DNA from: Eledone cirrhosa
Lineage: Eukaryota
Length of the DNA: 64,000 nt
Direction of reading: 5' to 3'
Assembly (NCBI GenBank): GCA_964016885.1
Contig: OZ024743.1
Span: forward strand, 49,972,001 to 50,036,000
Position 1 is the first letter of the stretch. Each line of letters begins with the position of its first letter. Under the pieces are notes generated by a model, which saw only the letters and a program-made list of their open reading frames with translations, was not told where the DNA came from and did no database searches. Shown here piece by piece: positions 43,009 through 57,890 of this stretch. The position numbers and the translations under genes are program-made.

Positions 43009-43283
43009 AAAAAGAGATGAAATCAAAAATGCAACTGAAGTCTTATTTTTTTTAAAAATATATATATTTATTTGGTTCCTTTACCGGTTTCGCAGTTCTT
43101 CTGCTTTTCAAAAGGTGAGTTGAGATGGAGGGTCTGTGGTTTTTCTCACATTTTCCTCCATCTCAACTCACCTTTTGAAAAGCAGAAGAACTGCGAAACC
43201 GGTAAAGGAACCAAATAAATATATATATTTAAAAAAAAAATAAGACTTCAGTTGCATTTTCGATTTCATCTCTTTTTCTTTAT
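43002..43283. mobile_element. Fold-back element (arms ~43002-43131/43155-43283) with U3:A8 HHR in each arm
   Basis: Near-perfect inverted arms; minus HHR at 43078-43115. Confidence 0.85.
43171..43208 (+). ncRNA. 38-nt minimal type I hammerhead, U3:A8 variant
   Basis: cctt-TTGAAAA-gcag aagaa ctgc-GAAA-ccgg-TA-aagg. Confidence 0.8.
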
Positions 43284-43339
43284 ACTTCCACTCGTGTAGG
43301 ACACCTCGGTTATTTTTCATTTTGTAAAAAAAACCTCAC

Positions 43340-43370
<31 letters not shown>

Positions 43371-43677
43371 AATATATATAGTTATACTTTGAGAGGGTCA
43401 TGCTGCCTATAAAAACACACGCACCTTTTCTAATTCACTTCAATTCAATCTAAACTCCCAATCTTGTCTCCCAGGTATTGTCAACCATTGAAAAGAAATA
43501 TGGAGAGTCTATCAAACAGCACTAGGATTAGAGCCCTAATTACACCTTCAAGGAGCAGTCTGGTCGTTATGACTCTGCTTGCTTAGAGCTACAGGGAGGG
43601 CCAGTGGATGATGGATCAGCTGTCTCTGAGACAAATATAAAGAATGCAGTTTTGACCTGCAGAAGAGCCATAAAAAA

Positions 43678-43729
<52 letters not shown>

Positions 43730-43930
43730 AGATATGACCCCGACGGCAGAGCTCAAGCCGTTTCGACGGCTATTTCTGGACTAAATTAGAATTTTTAGCC
43801 TGGTGAATAAATAGCCGAAGTTGTCAAGGAGGTACTTCCTTATAGGGGAAGATTGTAGTTGTCAAGAGGATTGGTTAAAATTTGTTGTAAACACAAATAA
43901 GTCTATCATGGCATTTGGTGGGAGGTAGGG

Positions 43931-44182
43931 GTGGTTATTATCTACAATCTCACTTGGAGCTTACTGTCCAGAGCTAACTCTTACACGGGAGGACGCCGTC
44001 CGTGTAACTTATGCTCGGAGGAAACATTACAAATGTTGTTTTCGAAGGACCAACTCCTAAACAAGAAAGACGAACTGGTAACCGCATGCAAACACAGATT
44101 GCGTAGGACTTATCTCGCCCTCAAACCCCATAACGACCCGGTGGGTAGACAAGGGTTGATAACCCCCCCACTTGCCGAATAA
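43931..44182 (+). pseudogene. C-terminal part of a PLE GIY-YIG-type endonuclease
   Basis: WSLLSRANSY..CNLCSEE..LLNKKDELVTACKH motif. Confidence 0.65.
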
Positions 44183-44828
44183 GTTATGGGAACCCCAGCT
44201 TACATAGATAGATGCTTCTCTTTTCTTTTCCTCTTTGTCTTCTTCCCCCTGTCTCATCCTATCACTTCCCCCACCTCCTATTTTCCTCCTCGTCTGCTTT
44301 TCCCCTTTCGCCTACCCCGATGCAGCCCATCGGGCCTCTGTAGCATCAGTTACCCACCCCTGTAATTTTAAGATAGAATTGGCCGATTACGTTTTACTAA
44401 CTACTTATAGCAGATGTGTTAAAACCCCTTTAATTTTGTTTCAGTTTTGTTACTATTCATTCTACAAGTTTTTTCTATTCTCAACTTATTAACCTGTAAT
44501 TGTAAGATAGCATTGTGATTTTTTTTATTCATTTCTCACTATCTAATTTTATATTTTTTTTATTTCTTTCTATTATCTTTTATTGTCTCCTACTCTCATT
44601 CGAATTACCTATTCTATAACCTCCCTCCCCCATTTCATACACTATCCTTAGAATCTGCTGTGTACATATCACCTTTAACGCTTGACCGCTTCACTCACTC
44701 CCCTATGGTTCTACAGGCAAGTTCAGCCACCCCTACCTCCCTCCAAATGCCATGATAGACTTATTTGTGTTTACAACAAATTTTAACCAATACTCTTGAA
44801 ACTACAATCTTCCCATATAAGGAAGTAC

Positions 44829-44922
44829 CCCCTTGACAACTTCGGCTATTTATTCACCAGGCTAAAAATTCTAATTTAGTCCAGAAATAGCCGTCGAAAC
44901 GGCTTGAGCTCTGCCGTCGGGG
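44829..44922 (+). ncRNA. Type I hammerhead, U3:A8 variant, full stem III, GUC triplet
   Basis: cccc-TTGACAA-ctt-cggctattt..aaatagccg-tc-GAAA-cggc ttgagctct gccg-TC-gggg. Confidence 0.75.
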
Positions 44923-45012
44923 TCATACTTTTTCCTATTTCCCACTCTACTACCCTATAAATTGAGTACTCTGGTGCGTTATGGTCCATCTGGTCCCTTA
45001 CCACAATTCATT

Positions 45013-45086
<74 letters not shown>

Positions 45087-45214
45087 ATACCTGGGGAGGG
45101 TCATATTGTTGTAATAATATTGCCAGAAATAATAACAGAACACACTCACTGTTTGGTTGGTTTTCGCTGCTGTATCTTTTATATCTCTATAGTTAATTTA
45201 TTTGGCAATCAACG

Positions 45215-45265
<51 letters not shown>

Positions 45266-45268
<3 letters not shown>

Positions 45269-45761
45269 CAGATTAAAATTTAAGCAAAGAATCGCTGCTT
45301 TCACCCTTAACGGGATCTTCTGAAACTAAAAAAATCAATCTGTGAACGCAGAAGTAAATATTTCGAAAAACGTTACAACCGAAGGAAGACAGGAAGACGA
45401 TACTTTGGTTCGTGGAAACGTAACCTCGCAGAGAACGAAAAAAAAAAAACCAAGATAATACGTCATAATAAAGAGCGGTGAAAACAATTACACGCAAAGA
45501 CAAAACCACGTTTATAGTATAAATGAAGTCGTCTTCCTGTCTTCCTTCGGTTGCAACGTTTTTCGAAATATTTACTTCTGCGTTCACAGATTGACTTTTT
45601 TAGTTTCAGAAGATCCCGGTAAGGGTATAAGCAGCGACTCTTTGCTTAAACTTTAATCTGTTATTTTAATAAATATTTGCTCTACGGTTCTTATATATTT
45701 GATATATATTTATCCTTATCGAGCCCTCTTTGTATTTTAGTCTTCAAATTTATTATTATTA

Positions 45762-45765
<4 letters not shown>
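45266..45765. mobile_element. Fold-back element (arms ~45266-45400/45530-45664) plus tail also found reversed at 38873-38970
   Basis: Inverted arms; (TA)n flanks. Confidence 0.75.
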
Positions 45766-45795
<30 letters not shown>

Positions 45796-45870
45796 ATATG
45801 AAGCGGTCGATGTGCAATAAAAGCATTTAAGTGAAACTTTGTTATATCATATATACATACTACATATATA

Positions 45871-45906
<36 letters not shown>

Positions 45907-46473
45907 AATGAGTTTGTGTGTATGCATAGCCAGTGAATTTCTTAGTTTTATTTCCACAACAGAGCAGTCAGTGGTGTAGGAAGGAATGTACGAAATCAAT
46001 GGTTTCAGTATTAAACATCACCAACTTCTAACCTGGCCACCATTAATCATGAAATATGCTATCAGTAAGTTTCCGGTATATGTCCAATAGAACGGGGTGG
46101 ACGGAGTTTGGCTACCTTCTGATGCAACTTAACCACTTATGTAAGTCGCATCCGCTGTAAACCGGTCAGCATAAACAATGTTTCGTTTTCACGTTGTTCA
46201 ATTTTATTGTTGTGACAGCAGCCATCTTGTAATGTAGATGTAATCTGAACGTAATAAGAGAGAGAGAGAGAGATAGAGAGAGAGAGATAGAGAGAGAGAG
46301 AGAGTTTGTGTGTAAGAGTGTGTGTGTGTGAGAGAGACAGAGAGAGTGTGTGTGTTTGTGAGAGAGTGTATGAGAGAGTGAGAGAGAGAGAGAGAGAGAG
46401 TGTGTGTGTGTGTGTGAGAGAGAGAGTGTGTGAGAAAGAAAGTGTGTGTGTGTGTGAGAGAGAGAGAGAGATA

Positions 46474-46508
<35 letters not shown>

Positions 46509-46549
46509 TGTGTGTATGAGAGAGAGTATGTGTGTGTGTGTGTGTGTGT

Positions 46550-46595
<46 letters not shown>

Positions 46596-46713
46596 CGTCT
46601 GCTGTTGATAATTCATCAAAGTAGACGAGATTATTCAATACGTCAGAATGTGGCGGCGGGGATGAAATTATGATGGACGACATACACAAGTGGTGTGTGT
46701 GTGTTTATATGTA

Positions 46714-46781
<68 letters not shown>

Positions 46782-46823
46782 CGGCGGGGACGAGATTATG
46801 ATGGACGATATACAGAGGTTGTG

Positions 46824-46871
<48 letters not shown>

Positions 46872-47454
46872 AGTGTGTGTGTGTACGTGTGCGTGCGTGT
46901 GTGTGCGTGTGTGTATGTGTGAGTGTGTGTGTGTTTGTGTGTGCTTGTATATATGAATGTATATGTATGGGTGTGCGTATGTATGAATTAATATGTGTGT
47001 ATATGTATGTACTTATGTGTTTGTACACGTATGAACTTATGTGAGAGTCTATGTATGTACTTATTGTTATTTTGTGTGTGTACATATGAACTTGTGTGGG
47101 TGTACATATGGACTTGTGTGTGTGTGTACATATGAACTTGTGTGTGTGTGTGTGTGTGTTAACTTGTGTGTGTGTGAACTTGTGTGTGTATATATGTGTG
47201 TGTGTGATTGGAAATACAGCTATGAGAGAAGAAAAGAGAAATTAAAAAGACTGACATAGAGAGAGAGAGAGGGGGGGGGGGGGTAGAAATAAAAGAGAGA
47301 GAGAGAGAGAGAGAGAGAAGGTGGAAATAAGAGAGAGAGAGAGAGTAGAAGTTATATAGGAGGAGAGGGGGTTAATAGAAATGGGGGAAAATGTTAAATA
47401 AAAGATGTTAAAAGTTAATAAAACGAAATATTGCGGAAGGGTTGGGGTTGGGGG

Positions 47455-47990
47455 TGTGTAATGGAAGTGTGTAATGGAAGTGTGTAATGGAAGTGTGTAA
47501 TGGAAGTGTGTAATGGAGGTGTGTAATGGAGGTGTGTAATGGAAGTGTGTAATGGAGGTATGTAATGGAAGTGTGTAATGGAGGTGTGTAATGGAAGTGT
47601 GTAATGGAAGTGTGTAATGGAGGTGTGTAATGGAGGTGTGTAATGGAGGTGTGTAATGGAGGTGTGTAATGGAAGTGTGTAATGGAGGTGTGTAATGGAA
47701 GTGTGTAATGGAGGTGTGTAATGGAAGTGTGTAATGAAAGTGTGAAATGGAGGTGTGTAATGGAAGTGTGTAATGGAGGTGTGTAATGGAGGTGTGTAAT
47801 GGAAGTGTGTAATGGAAGTGTGTAATGGATGTGTGTAATGGAGGTGTGTAATGGAGGTGTGTAATGGAGGTGTGTAATGGAAGTATGTAATGGAGGTGTG
47901 TAATGGGAGTGTGTAATGGAGGTGTGTAATGGAAGTGTGTAATGGAAGTGTGAAATGGAGGTGTGTAATGGAAGTGTGTAATGGAGGTGA
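47455..47990. repeat. 13-bp tandem repeat ATGGA(A/G)GTGTGTA
   Basis: About 40 units. Confidence 0.95.
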
Positions 47991-48424
47991 TAAAGACATG
48001 TAACCACTGAGATGGGAGACAGACGTGTCACTTCTGAGCTGGGAGGACGTAGCTGGTAAATACATGTAACCACTGATATGGGAGGGAGACGTGTTACCAA
48101 TGAGCTGGGGGGAAGTAGCTGGTAAAGACATGTAACCACAAAGCCAAACATCACGTTTCTTACTATTAAACAAGTCGTCAAGTCTATAAATATTTATGAA
48201 TGTGTCTTTTAGCCAGGTTTAAGCAGCAGTGGACATAAATAAGAGCTCCAGGGTAGCAATATCTGGCGAACAAAACCTTAAATATTTCTAAACTGAAAAC
48301 ATTCTTTTCTGTGGCAAAGACAAGAAAAATTAACGAAAGGAGAATACATATATAATTACTGGCAACATTTGGAAGAAAATAGATTGACAGCTTCGTTCTT
48401 CAGATATTTAAAGATGTTGGCTAT

Positions 48425-49340
48425 TGTGGAGTGTGTTGTGGAGTGTGAGTGAGGTGTGTTGTGGGGTGGGGTGCTGTGTGGTATGGGGTGTGTTGTATTG
48501 TGTGGTGTGGGGGGTGTGAGTGGTGTAGTGTATTGTGGGCTCTGTGGTGGGGTGGAGTGTTGTGGGGTGGGGTGGGTGTGGGGTGGGTGTGTGGAGTGTG
48601 TTGTATTGTGTGGTGTGGCGTCGGGTGGTGTGGGGGGTGGAGTGGAGTGGTGTGTGGGGTGTGTTGTATTGTGTGGTGTGTGTGATGTGGTGTGTGGTGT
48701 GTGTTGTGTATTGTGTGGTGTGTTGTATTGTGTGGTGTGTGTTGTGTGGTGTGTGTGGTGTGTGTGGTGTGGTGTGTGGTGTGTTGTGATGTGTGGTGTG
48801 TTGTGTTGGATGTCGTATGTAGGCTGTTGTGGTGTGTTGTGTTGTGTGTTGTGTGTTGTGTTGTGTTGTGTGTTGTGTGTTGTGTGTTGTGTGTTGTGTG
48901 TTGTGTTGTGTGTTGTGTGTTGTGTGTTGTGTTGTGTGTTGTGTTGTGTGTTGTGTGTTGTGTTGTGTGTTGTGTGTTGTGTGTTGTGTGTTGTGTGTTG
49001 TGTGTTGAGTGTTGTGTGATGTGTGTTGTGTGTTGTGTTGTGTGTTGTGTTGTGTGTTGTGTGTTGTGTGTTGTGTGTTGTGTGTTGTGTGTTGAGTGTT
49101 GTGTGATGTGTGTTGTGTGTTGTGTTGTGTGTTGTGTGTTGTGTTGTGTGTTGTGTGTTGTGTTGTGTGTTGTGTGTTGTGTTGTGTGTTGTGTGTTGTG
49201 TTGTGTGTTGTGTGTTGTGTGTTGAGTGTTGTGTGATGTGTGTTGTGTGTTGTGTTGTGTGTTGTGTGTTGTGTTGTGTTGTGTGTTGTGTGTTGTGTTG
49301 TGTGTTGTGTGTTGTGTTGTGGGTTGTGTGTTGTGTTGAC
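48425..49340. repeat. (TGTGT)n-type low-complexity repeat
   Basis: Direct inspection. Confidence 0.9.
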
Positions 49341-49492
49341 TGTTGCTGGAGATGTAGCGAGACATCTGTGATGCTGTGTTGAGGAGGAAGCTATGTTTTG
49401 GTTAATTACTTTTCATTGCTAACTTTACTGTTATTTACAGCTGAATAGTGACACTTTTTAACACAATGACAAGCATCTTGACAGCACTGGAT

Positions 49493-49599
<107 letters not shown>

Positions 49600-49888
49600 C
49601 ATATACATACATACATATACATACATACATATACATGCATACTTACTTATATATATATGTGTGTGAATATATATATATTTGTATGTATGAAGATATCACA
49701 TACATGTACAGACAGCCTCTCTCATACGTTCACACAGGCACTCAAACAGATGAATGCAAAGGCCCACATACATACATACATACATACATACATAAACATA
49801 CATACATACATACATACATACGTACATACATATATACATAAACATACATACATACATACATACATACATACATACATACATACATACA

Positions 49889-49922
<34 letters not shown>

Positions 49923-50030
49923 CATACATATATATATACATACATACATACATACATACATACATACATAAACATACATACATACATACATATATACATA
50001 CATACATACATACATACATACATACATACA

Positions 50031-50064
<34 letters not shown>

Positions 50065-50172
50065 CATACATATATACATACATACATACATACATACATA
50101 CATACATACATAAACATACATACATACATATATACATACATACATACATACATACATACATACATACATACA

Positions 50173-50208
<36 letters not shown>

Positions 50209-50231
50209 TACATACATATATATATACATAC

Positions 50232-50841
50232 ATGGTGGCTGCCAACTCGTTTTCGAGTACGGCCACTACTTTATATCCATGTAGGAGAACCCCTACCGAT
50301 GCGCTGAACGAGTGTGACTTTTTAGTCCAGCCAGCGACTTGAAAACTCTGGTACAAACACTACACTTATGACAATTACTGACACATAGTGCTGGGCCCAT
50401 GGTACCATGTGACGACAAGTGCAGAGAGATCTCCAGATATAAAGCAATGCCTGTGCCGTGAAGCTTTTATAGTGAGCAAAGGCACTGCACAAAGCCAGTC
50501 CCACTCTCTTAACCAAGATGATATTTACCAAAAAGAAGAACAAGTCAACATCATTGGATACCATCAGGGTTGCAGGTGTTATATCAGAGTTTTCCTTCTC
50601 CTAGAATTCTGCCTTGACAAAGGCTAAGGGGTCATCTCTCCCGGTGATTTTGGATGGCCATTGACTCTTAAGAGCTCCTTTGCCCTTTGACAGGTTTTGT
50701 TTTTAGTCCTGCAGGATGTCCAAAGTCACCCTCCTCACCAAGAAACCTTGGTGGGGTTGCCAGTTTAGTCGCCAACGACCCGACCATGGGACAGGTTGTA
50801 CTGGGATACATGTTACCAGTAGCACCAACTGGTGACCTGAC
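50232..50841 (-). mobile_element. ~610-bp non-autonomous RTE-derived element
   Basis: Minus strand: ctaggagaaggaaaactctga 5'UTR-like motif, CSVCTRVFKSLAGLKSHTRSAHR* zinc-finger-like end, ctcg-aaaa-cgag hairpin, (ATGT)n tail; copies at 51581-51998 and 59362-59745. Confidence 0.7.
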
Positions 50842-50925
50842 ATATACATACATACATACATACATACATAAACATACATACATACATACATACATACATA
50901 CATACATACATACATAGATGTAAGC

Positions 50926-51528
50926 CACATTGTTGCCAGCTGCGAAAGAATGTCATCTCGCTACTACCTCCCCATGAGACACGATGGGATAGCTAGAACC
51001 ATCTGGAACGCACTTCGGAAAACAAAATCAACAACAAACGAGGAGGAATATATTGAGACAGATGGCACTAAGGAATACTGGTGGAACCTGAAAATAAAAA
51101 CTGCCACCAAATTAAAGCACAACCGGCCTGATATTGTAGTTTGGAACCACACATTGAAAACGTGTTCTGTTGTGGAGATCAGCTGCCCACTTGATGTAAA
51201 CGTTGTCAGAAAAATACAGGAGAAGGAGGACACCTACGGACCATTGATGAGGAGTTTACAAATCCAGTATCCAAGATACACCTTTAGCTTCATACCCATC
51301 ATTATTGGTGCTACGGGTTATATACCAACCCGCTTGGACCAAAGTATGACTGAACTTGGATTTGCGGACAAAAAGCGCAGCTCCCTAATTCATAGTCTAC
51401 AAATGGCTGCGATAGCTGGCACCTTCAAAATTTGCAAAATATTCTTGGGATCAAGGGATGACAATTTCTTTTCTTTTACAACCTTGCCACCAGGAAGGTG
51501 GCCGTTCAAAAAATATACTCAAAATTAA
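50926..51528 (+). pseudogene. R4/Dong-like non-LTR retrotransposon C-terminus (restriction-enzyme-like endonuclease)
   Basis: HIVASC..RHD..WWN..HNRPDIVV..VVEISCP..K..EK..Y..IPIIIGATG; in (TACA)n. Confidence 0.85.
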
Positions 51529-51580
51529 GAGAAAGAGAAAACATACATACATACATACATAAACATACATACATACATAC

Positions 51581-51998
51581 ATGGTGGCTGCCAACTCGTT
51601 TTCGAGTACAGCCACTACTTTCTATCCATGTAGGAGAACCCCAACCGATGCTCTGAACGAGTGTGACTTTTTAGTCCAGCCAGCGACTTGAAAACTGGTA
51701 CAATTGTGACAATTATTGACAATTATTGACACATAGTGCTGGGCCCATGGTATCATGTGACGACAAGTGCAGAGAGATCTCCAGATATAAAGCAATGCCT
51801 GTGCCGTGAAGCTTTTATAGTGAGCAAAGGCACTGCACAAAGCCAGTCCCACTCTCTTAACCGAGATGATATTTACCAAAAAGAAGAACAAGTAAACATC
51901 ATTGGATACCATCAGGGTTGCAGGTGCTATATTAGAGTTTTCCTTCTCCTAGAATTCTGCCTTGACAAAGGCTAAGGGGTCATCTCTCCCGGATGACC
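51581..51998 (-). mobile_element. 5'-truncated copy of the RTE-derived element
   Basis: Near-identical to 50232-50645. Confidence 0.75.
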
Positions 51999-52162
51999 AT
52001 ACATATACATACATATACATACATACATACATACATACGTACGTACATACATACATACATGCACACACATACATACATACATACATATAAACATACATAT
52101 ATACATACATACATACATACATATAGACATACAAACATACATACATACATATAGACATACAA

Positions 52163-52195
<33 letters not shown>

Positions 52196-52205
52196 CATAC
52201 ATACA

Positions 52206-52237
<32 letters not shown>

Positions 52238-52277
52238 GACATACAAACATACATACATACATACATACATACATACA

Positions 52278-52309
<32 letters not shown>

Positions 52310-52337
52310 GACATACAAACATACATACATACATACA

Positions 52338-52371
<34 letters not shown>

Positions 52372-53044
52372 CATACATACATACATACATACATACATAC
52401 ATACGTACGTACATACATACATACATAAACACACAGATACATAATACATACTTACGTACGTACATACATACATACATAAACACACAGATACATAATACAT
52501 ACTTACGTACGTACATACATACATACATAAACACACACATATATAATATATACGTACGTACATACATACATACATACATACATACATACATACATACATA
52601 CATACATACATACATACATACATACATACATACATACATACATACACACAAACACAAACATGTTATGTATGGAGGACAAAAAGAAGAGAAATCATTTTGT
52701 TTACATTTTCACCAACAATAGCAACAGCAACATTATGAAAGACAATAGTAATGAAGACAACAATGGAAATAACAAGAGTACCAACAGGAGGGATGTAATT
52801 AAAGTGATTAAGTACAACTAAACCAACTGGGTTGTCAGCAAGACAACAATATGGAGGAATTTATTTAGTGGAGTTTGGGGTGGGATAAGGGGCTTGTAGA
52901 CGAGATATTGGAAACACACATGAGGTTTTGTTGATAAAATTAATTTACATTGGAACCACCTCAACATCAGAAGGATGTATATATACTCTTTTACTCTTTT
53001 ACCTGCTCCAGTAATCCGGCTGAGGCCATGCTGGAGCACCAACC

Positions 53045-53096
<52 letters not shown>

Positions 53097-53556
53097 ATAA
53101 AAAACGGAGAATAAGTGGTGCGACGAGTTAAAATTTATTAGACATATTACAATCTCTGGCGACCAGCTCGAGGCACGATCGATGCAATGTTCGAACCTGA
53201 CTCTGAAATCGCAAGATCCTCTGATACGTCTCGATTTTTCGAACCAGAGTTTCCAGAGTTTCCAATTATATATATATATATTTGAAAATGTGTGTGATCC
53301 TTGGTACAATTAGGTATATTTGAAAAAAAAAACGGAAAAGAATGACTTCACTTGTAGTTCTAAATAATTTGATTTAATTTTATATTATAATATTATGAGT
53401 TGGTAGATCTAGTAAGTTCTTTGTTAACTTCAGTGGGAAGAATTTTAAATATTCCTGGTTAACTTTATTGGAGAGCTTTCTCGCATTCGTCGGTGGCGGT
53501 GGTGATTGTCAAACTGAGATCAGGTTTTTTTTTCAAATATATATATATATATATAT

Positions 53557-54457
53557 CCAAAATTAAGATAAATTGAATTAAATTCAATTAAATCAAATTA
53601 AATTAAGGGTGTCATGCCAGATAGACATGCGCCATATCACCCGTAAAATATGCTCCAAGATTCTAATGAGAAGATCCGAGCATTTTATATCAACTAGGGG
53701 ATAATTTGTAAAAGTGTGTATGCACACATAGTTAGGTAGGTAACTAAATAAAGTTTAACTAGAACTTCAAAAATAGATATCTTATAATTTGATTAATCTT
53801 CCTCGTATATATTCCATTAAAGAAATATATTTCACCAATTAATCGATTGGTAAACGACAGAAGCCAGATCCTGGATTTTCAACAAGGAAGAGGTCCAACC
53901 ATCTGTGTTTACGCATCAAGTTCAAATCAGCGACTGGCCAGTAACACGTGCTGTATCCACTAAAAATACCCACATCATACCAGCTTCGTCCCAGTGGCGT
54001 GAATAGGGTTATCGACAACTAGAAACAGCAGTCAAGTTCTTTCAACTGAGTTAGCTCTACAATTAAGGAGCCGTATTTATATATATCCAAAATTAAGATA
54101 AATTGAATTAAATTAAATTAAATCAAATTAAATTAAGGGTGTCATGCCAGATAGACAGGCGCCATATCACCCGTAAAATATGCTCCAAGATTCCAATGAG
54201 TAGATCCGAGCATTTTATATCAACTAGAAATTGATTGACATATAAATAGACATATGAAACAATCACAGGGGATAATTTGTAAAAGTGTGTAAGCACACAT
54301 AGCTAGGTAGGTAACTAAATAAAGTTAACTAGAACTTCAAAAAGTTCTAGTTAAACTTTATTTAGTTACCTACCTAGCTATGTGTGCTTACACACTTTTA
54401 CAAATTATCCCCTGTGATTGTTTCATATGTCTATTTATATGTCAATCAATTTCTAGT

Positions 54458-54460
<3 letters not shown>
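53557..54460. mobile_element. Family C: ~530-bp unit + partial tandem copy + inverted segment
   Basis: Direct repeat 53557/54087; ~54343-54460 inverted. Confidence 0.8.
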
Positions 54461-54532
<72 letters not shown>

Positions 54533-55386
54533 CGACAGTCGCTCGAATTTTGTCAAATCGGACCGAGGAAGCAATGTTTCCGTTGTTCTTTCCAAATGCT
54601 AATACTCTCTATCGGTCTCAACTCCAGGTAGAAGGAGCAACGTGAAATAAAGTGTCTTGCTCAAGGACATAACGCATCACCTGGTCCAGGAATCGAACTC
54701 ACAACGTCACTCAGCCATGTATATATGTATATATATATAATATGGACTAGGTGTCAAATTGTCATTATATTTATTGAGATGTGTCGCGCGTTTCGCGATT
54801 GATCAGCTCAAGGTTCGATCTGTGTCGATCAGGCCCAACTTTGGAATCAAAAGTTCATCAAACTTGTGTTATCGTAATTCCGTCATTTCTTTTCATGATA
54901 CAGGGGGTTGCTGACGCGTAAGACAATGGCAGATACAGTTACGCACCAGTGACGTCAGAACCCATTTCTACAGGGGAGAGAACTGGAGCAAGGTGAAATA
55001 AAATATGTTGCTCAAGGACACAACGCACCACCTGATCCAAGGATCGAACACCCAGCCTGACCATTGAAAGCCCAACGCCTTTATATACATATATATATAT
55101 ATATGTGTGTGTGGGGGGGGGGGAGTGCGCACCCAGACTGATCACAATATTTAAAGGCAAATATATACATAATATGAATTCGTCAAGGTATAGAGAAGGC
55201 GTGTTATAGCAGTTGTTAGAGAAATCAAGAAACTAATCTGCATGATGTAACGACCCTGTCAACTACCAAAACGGATTGATCAATTAAAAGAGATCGACAA
55301 GTCATTCGAGCAATGAGAATGATTGGTATATAAAAGAATATAACAACTTCAATATGTGATTTATTTTTCTTTCTCTCCCTACCACC

Positions 55387-55502
<116 letters not shown>

Positions 55503-55549
55503 ATATATATATATTTATATATATATAAATATATATGTATATATATATA

Positions 55550-55598
<49 letters not shown>

Positions 55599-55715
55599 TT
55601 ATATAAATATATAAATATATATATATAAATATATATATAAATAAATAAATATATATACATATGTGTGTGTGTGTGTATATATATATATGTATTTATATAT
55701 ATATATATATAAATA

Positions 55716-55751
<36 letters not shown>

Positions 55752-55924
55752 TGTATGTATGTATGTACGTATGTATGTATGTACATATGTATGCATGTAT
55801 GTATGTACGTATGTATGCATGTATGTATGTATGTACACATTTATCGTTCATTCTCAGTTCGCTGATCACTAAAAGGAAATGAAATATAATTTAAAGTATT
55901 TTATATACTCTGCAGAGTATCTCT

Positions 55925-56137
<213 letters not shown>

Positions 56138-56524
56138 AGCAATCTATATGAATGACGTGAGACTCAGCAGTTTCCGGTATCGCGGCAAGTAGACTTCCGT
56201 TTGCTGTGAAATTACACTTGGCTTTTACTTTAATGCAATTTCCCAGCTTTTCTTGTGCAGGAGAAATGTCTTAGGTATCTGCCAGCACCTGATGTATCAA
56301 CTGTCAATAAAGTGCAGAGCAGCACAAACCTTTCAGATCCACATCTCATCTTTATGATTTTCCCCGGTAAACCTTTCACACCTACATCTCATCTATATCG
56401 CTCACTCACCCTCCTTCAACATTAGAAATATATAGGGGAAATATCGATTTTATATTCATTTGGCTCAACAGTAATCAATACCGAAAGTATCACTGATAAA
56501 TATATTATTGATACTAAAGGAAAC

Positions 56525-56563
<39 letters not shown>

Positions 56564-56566
<3 letters not shown>

Positions 56567-57541
56567 TTCGTTTCTGAATTTGTTTAGCAAGATTCTTTAT
56601 CTGAAATCGTGTGTTGAAACCGATATTGTTATACTTTGGGAGGGTCATGTTGCCAATAAGAAACACACGCACCAGTTGCTTTCACTTCAATTTATTATAT
56701 ATTTATAAATTCATAAATTTACAAATCTACAAACTTATAAATTATAAATTTCTGGTTGGTTGGTTGGTTGGTTCCACAACCAGATAGTTGTTTATATATA
56801 TAGTCATAGTCCTTTCGTCACACACTCTGTGACCTCTTCAGTGACTGGGGATTCCTTTCTTCGTTTCTGTGCCTTTTCTTTCTTCTATCCTACGCCATTT
56901 TGTTTCTGGGTGTGTGTTGTGTGCTCAGTTTGCGCATGTGCCACATCCGGGTGTCTGTGTGTGTTTGTGTTCATTTTTCTATTTGTTTATTTATTTATTG
57001 TTGGTTGGTTGTTTGTTCTATGTGTGTGTGTGTTTTCATTTTGTCCTGTGTGTGTTTTCATTTTGTGTGTGTTTTCAATTGTAAGTTGTTTGTTCTATGT
57101 GTGTGTGTGTTTTCATTTTGTCCTTAATTGTAAGTTGTGATGTTGCTGTTCCACTCATATTTTCTATTTAATTTTGGTTTTAATTCTTTTATGCTTACTG
57201 CCTCTGTAATTTGCCTAAACATTGCGTCTTTTCTGTGCGTGGATTCTATTTTTATTTCTATGCTCTCTAATCTACCCCTGTGTTCTATCTTAGCATGTTG
57301 GTAGAGCACAGATGATTCTTTATTATCTTGGAGGTCTCGCCAGTGTTCATTTATTCGTTCCCCTATACTACGAGCTGTCTCACCTATGTACACTATATTT
57401 TTGTTTCTACATTGTCCTTCGGTACATCTTATGCTATACACTACATTTCTAGTTTTACAGTTAATATGGGGGCTTATTTTACAGGTTATACATTTCTTAT
57501 CTATACATGAGGGTCTTTGAAAAAAAAAAAAAGACCCTCAT
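56564..57541 (-). mobile_element. 5'-truncated Penelope-like element (same family as 35876-38645); GIY-YIG at 57124-57520
   Basis: YSIRC..YIGETARSIGERINEH..RQITEAVSI..PKLNRKYEW, pLTR, short 5' inversion atgagggtcttt/aaagaccctcat. Confidence 0.9.
56803..56845 (-). ncRNA. PLE pLTR hammerhead ribozyme
   Basis: Reverse complement: gtca-CTGAAGA-g-gtcac/gtgac-GAAA-ggac-TA-tgac. Confidence 0.8.
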
Positions 57542-57616
57542 TCCGGAGGCTGAGGGTGTAAATATGTGGTGGAAAGCACGTGTGTGTGGGGTTTAAGCAT
57601 ATATATATATATAGTG

Positions 57617-57783
57617 TATTTTGTAATACACTGTATGCTTAATTAAAAGCAGTTCGAAGACCTTAGAGTAGTGACAGTCTCACTTACTGAAAATTAAAGT
57701 AAGTGAGACTGTCACTACTCTAAAACTATAGCATAAGGTCTTCGAAATGCTTTTAATTAAGCATACAGTGTATTGCAAAATAC
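57617..57783. repeat. Fold-back element
   Basis: Inverted arms around gaaaattaa, with a ~12-nt indel between arms. Confidence 0.75.
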
Positions 57784-57830
57784 AGTATATATACATTCAT
57801 ATATATATCGCTATATCAGAGCACCAATTC

Positions 57831-57885
<55 letters not shown>

Positions 57886-57890
<5 letters not shown>

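Larger units (their letters stand above)
43726..45015 (+). mobile_element. 5'-truncated PLE of a second lineage with inverted pLTR (43726-43933/44728-44933)
   Basis: Endonuclease C-terminal peptide, ~205-bp inverted repeats with HHRs (minus copy 43738-43832), (TA)n flanks. Confidence 0.8.

Noticed and set aside
45352-45590. GAAA-tatt-TA-cttc half-hammerhead in fold-back arms
   Set aside because: No matching YUGANRA half found
56270-56370. Possible plus-strand exon (ttttcttgtgcag...CCCG/gtaaac)
   Set aside because: Plausible splice signals but no recognisable peptide; insufficient support
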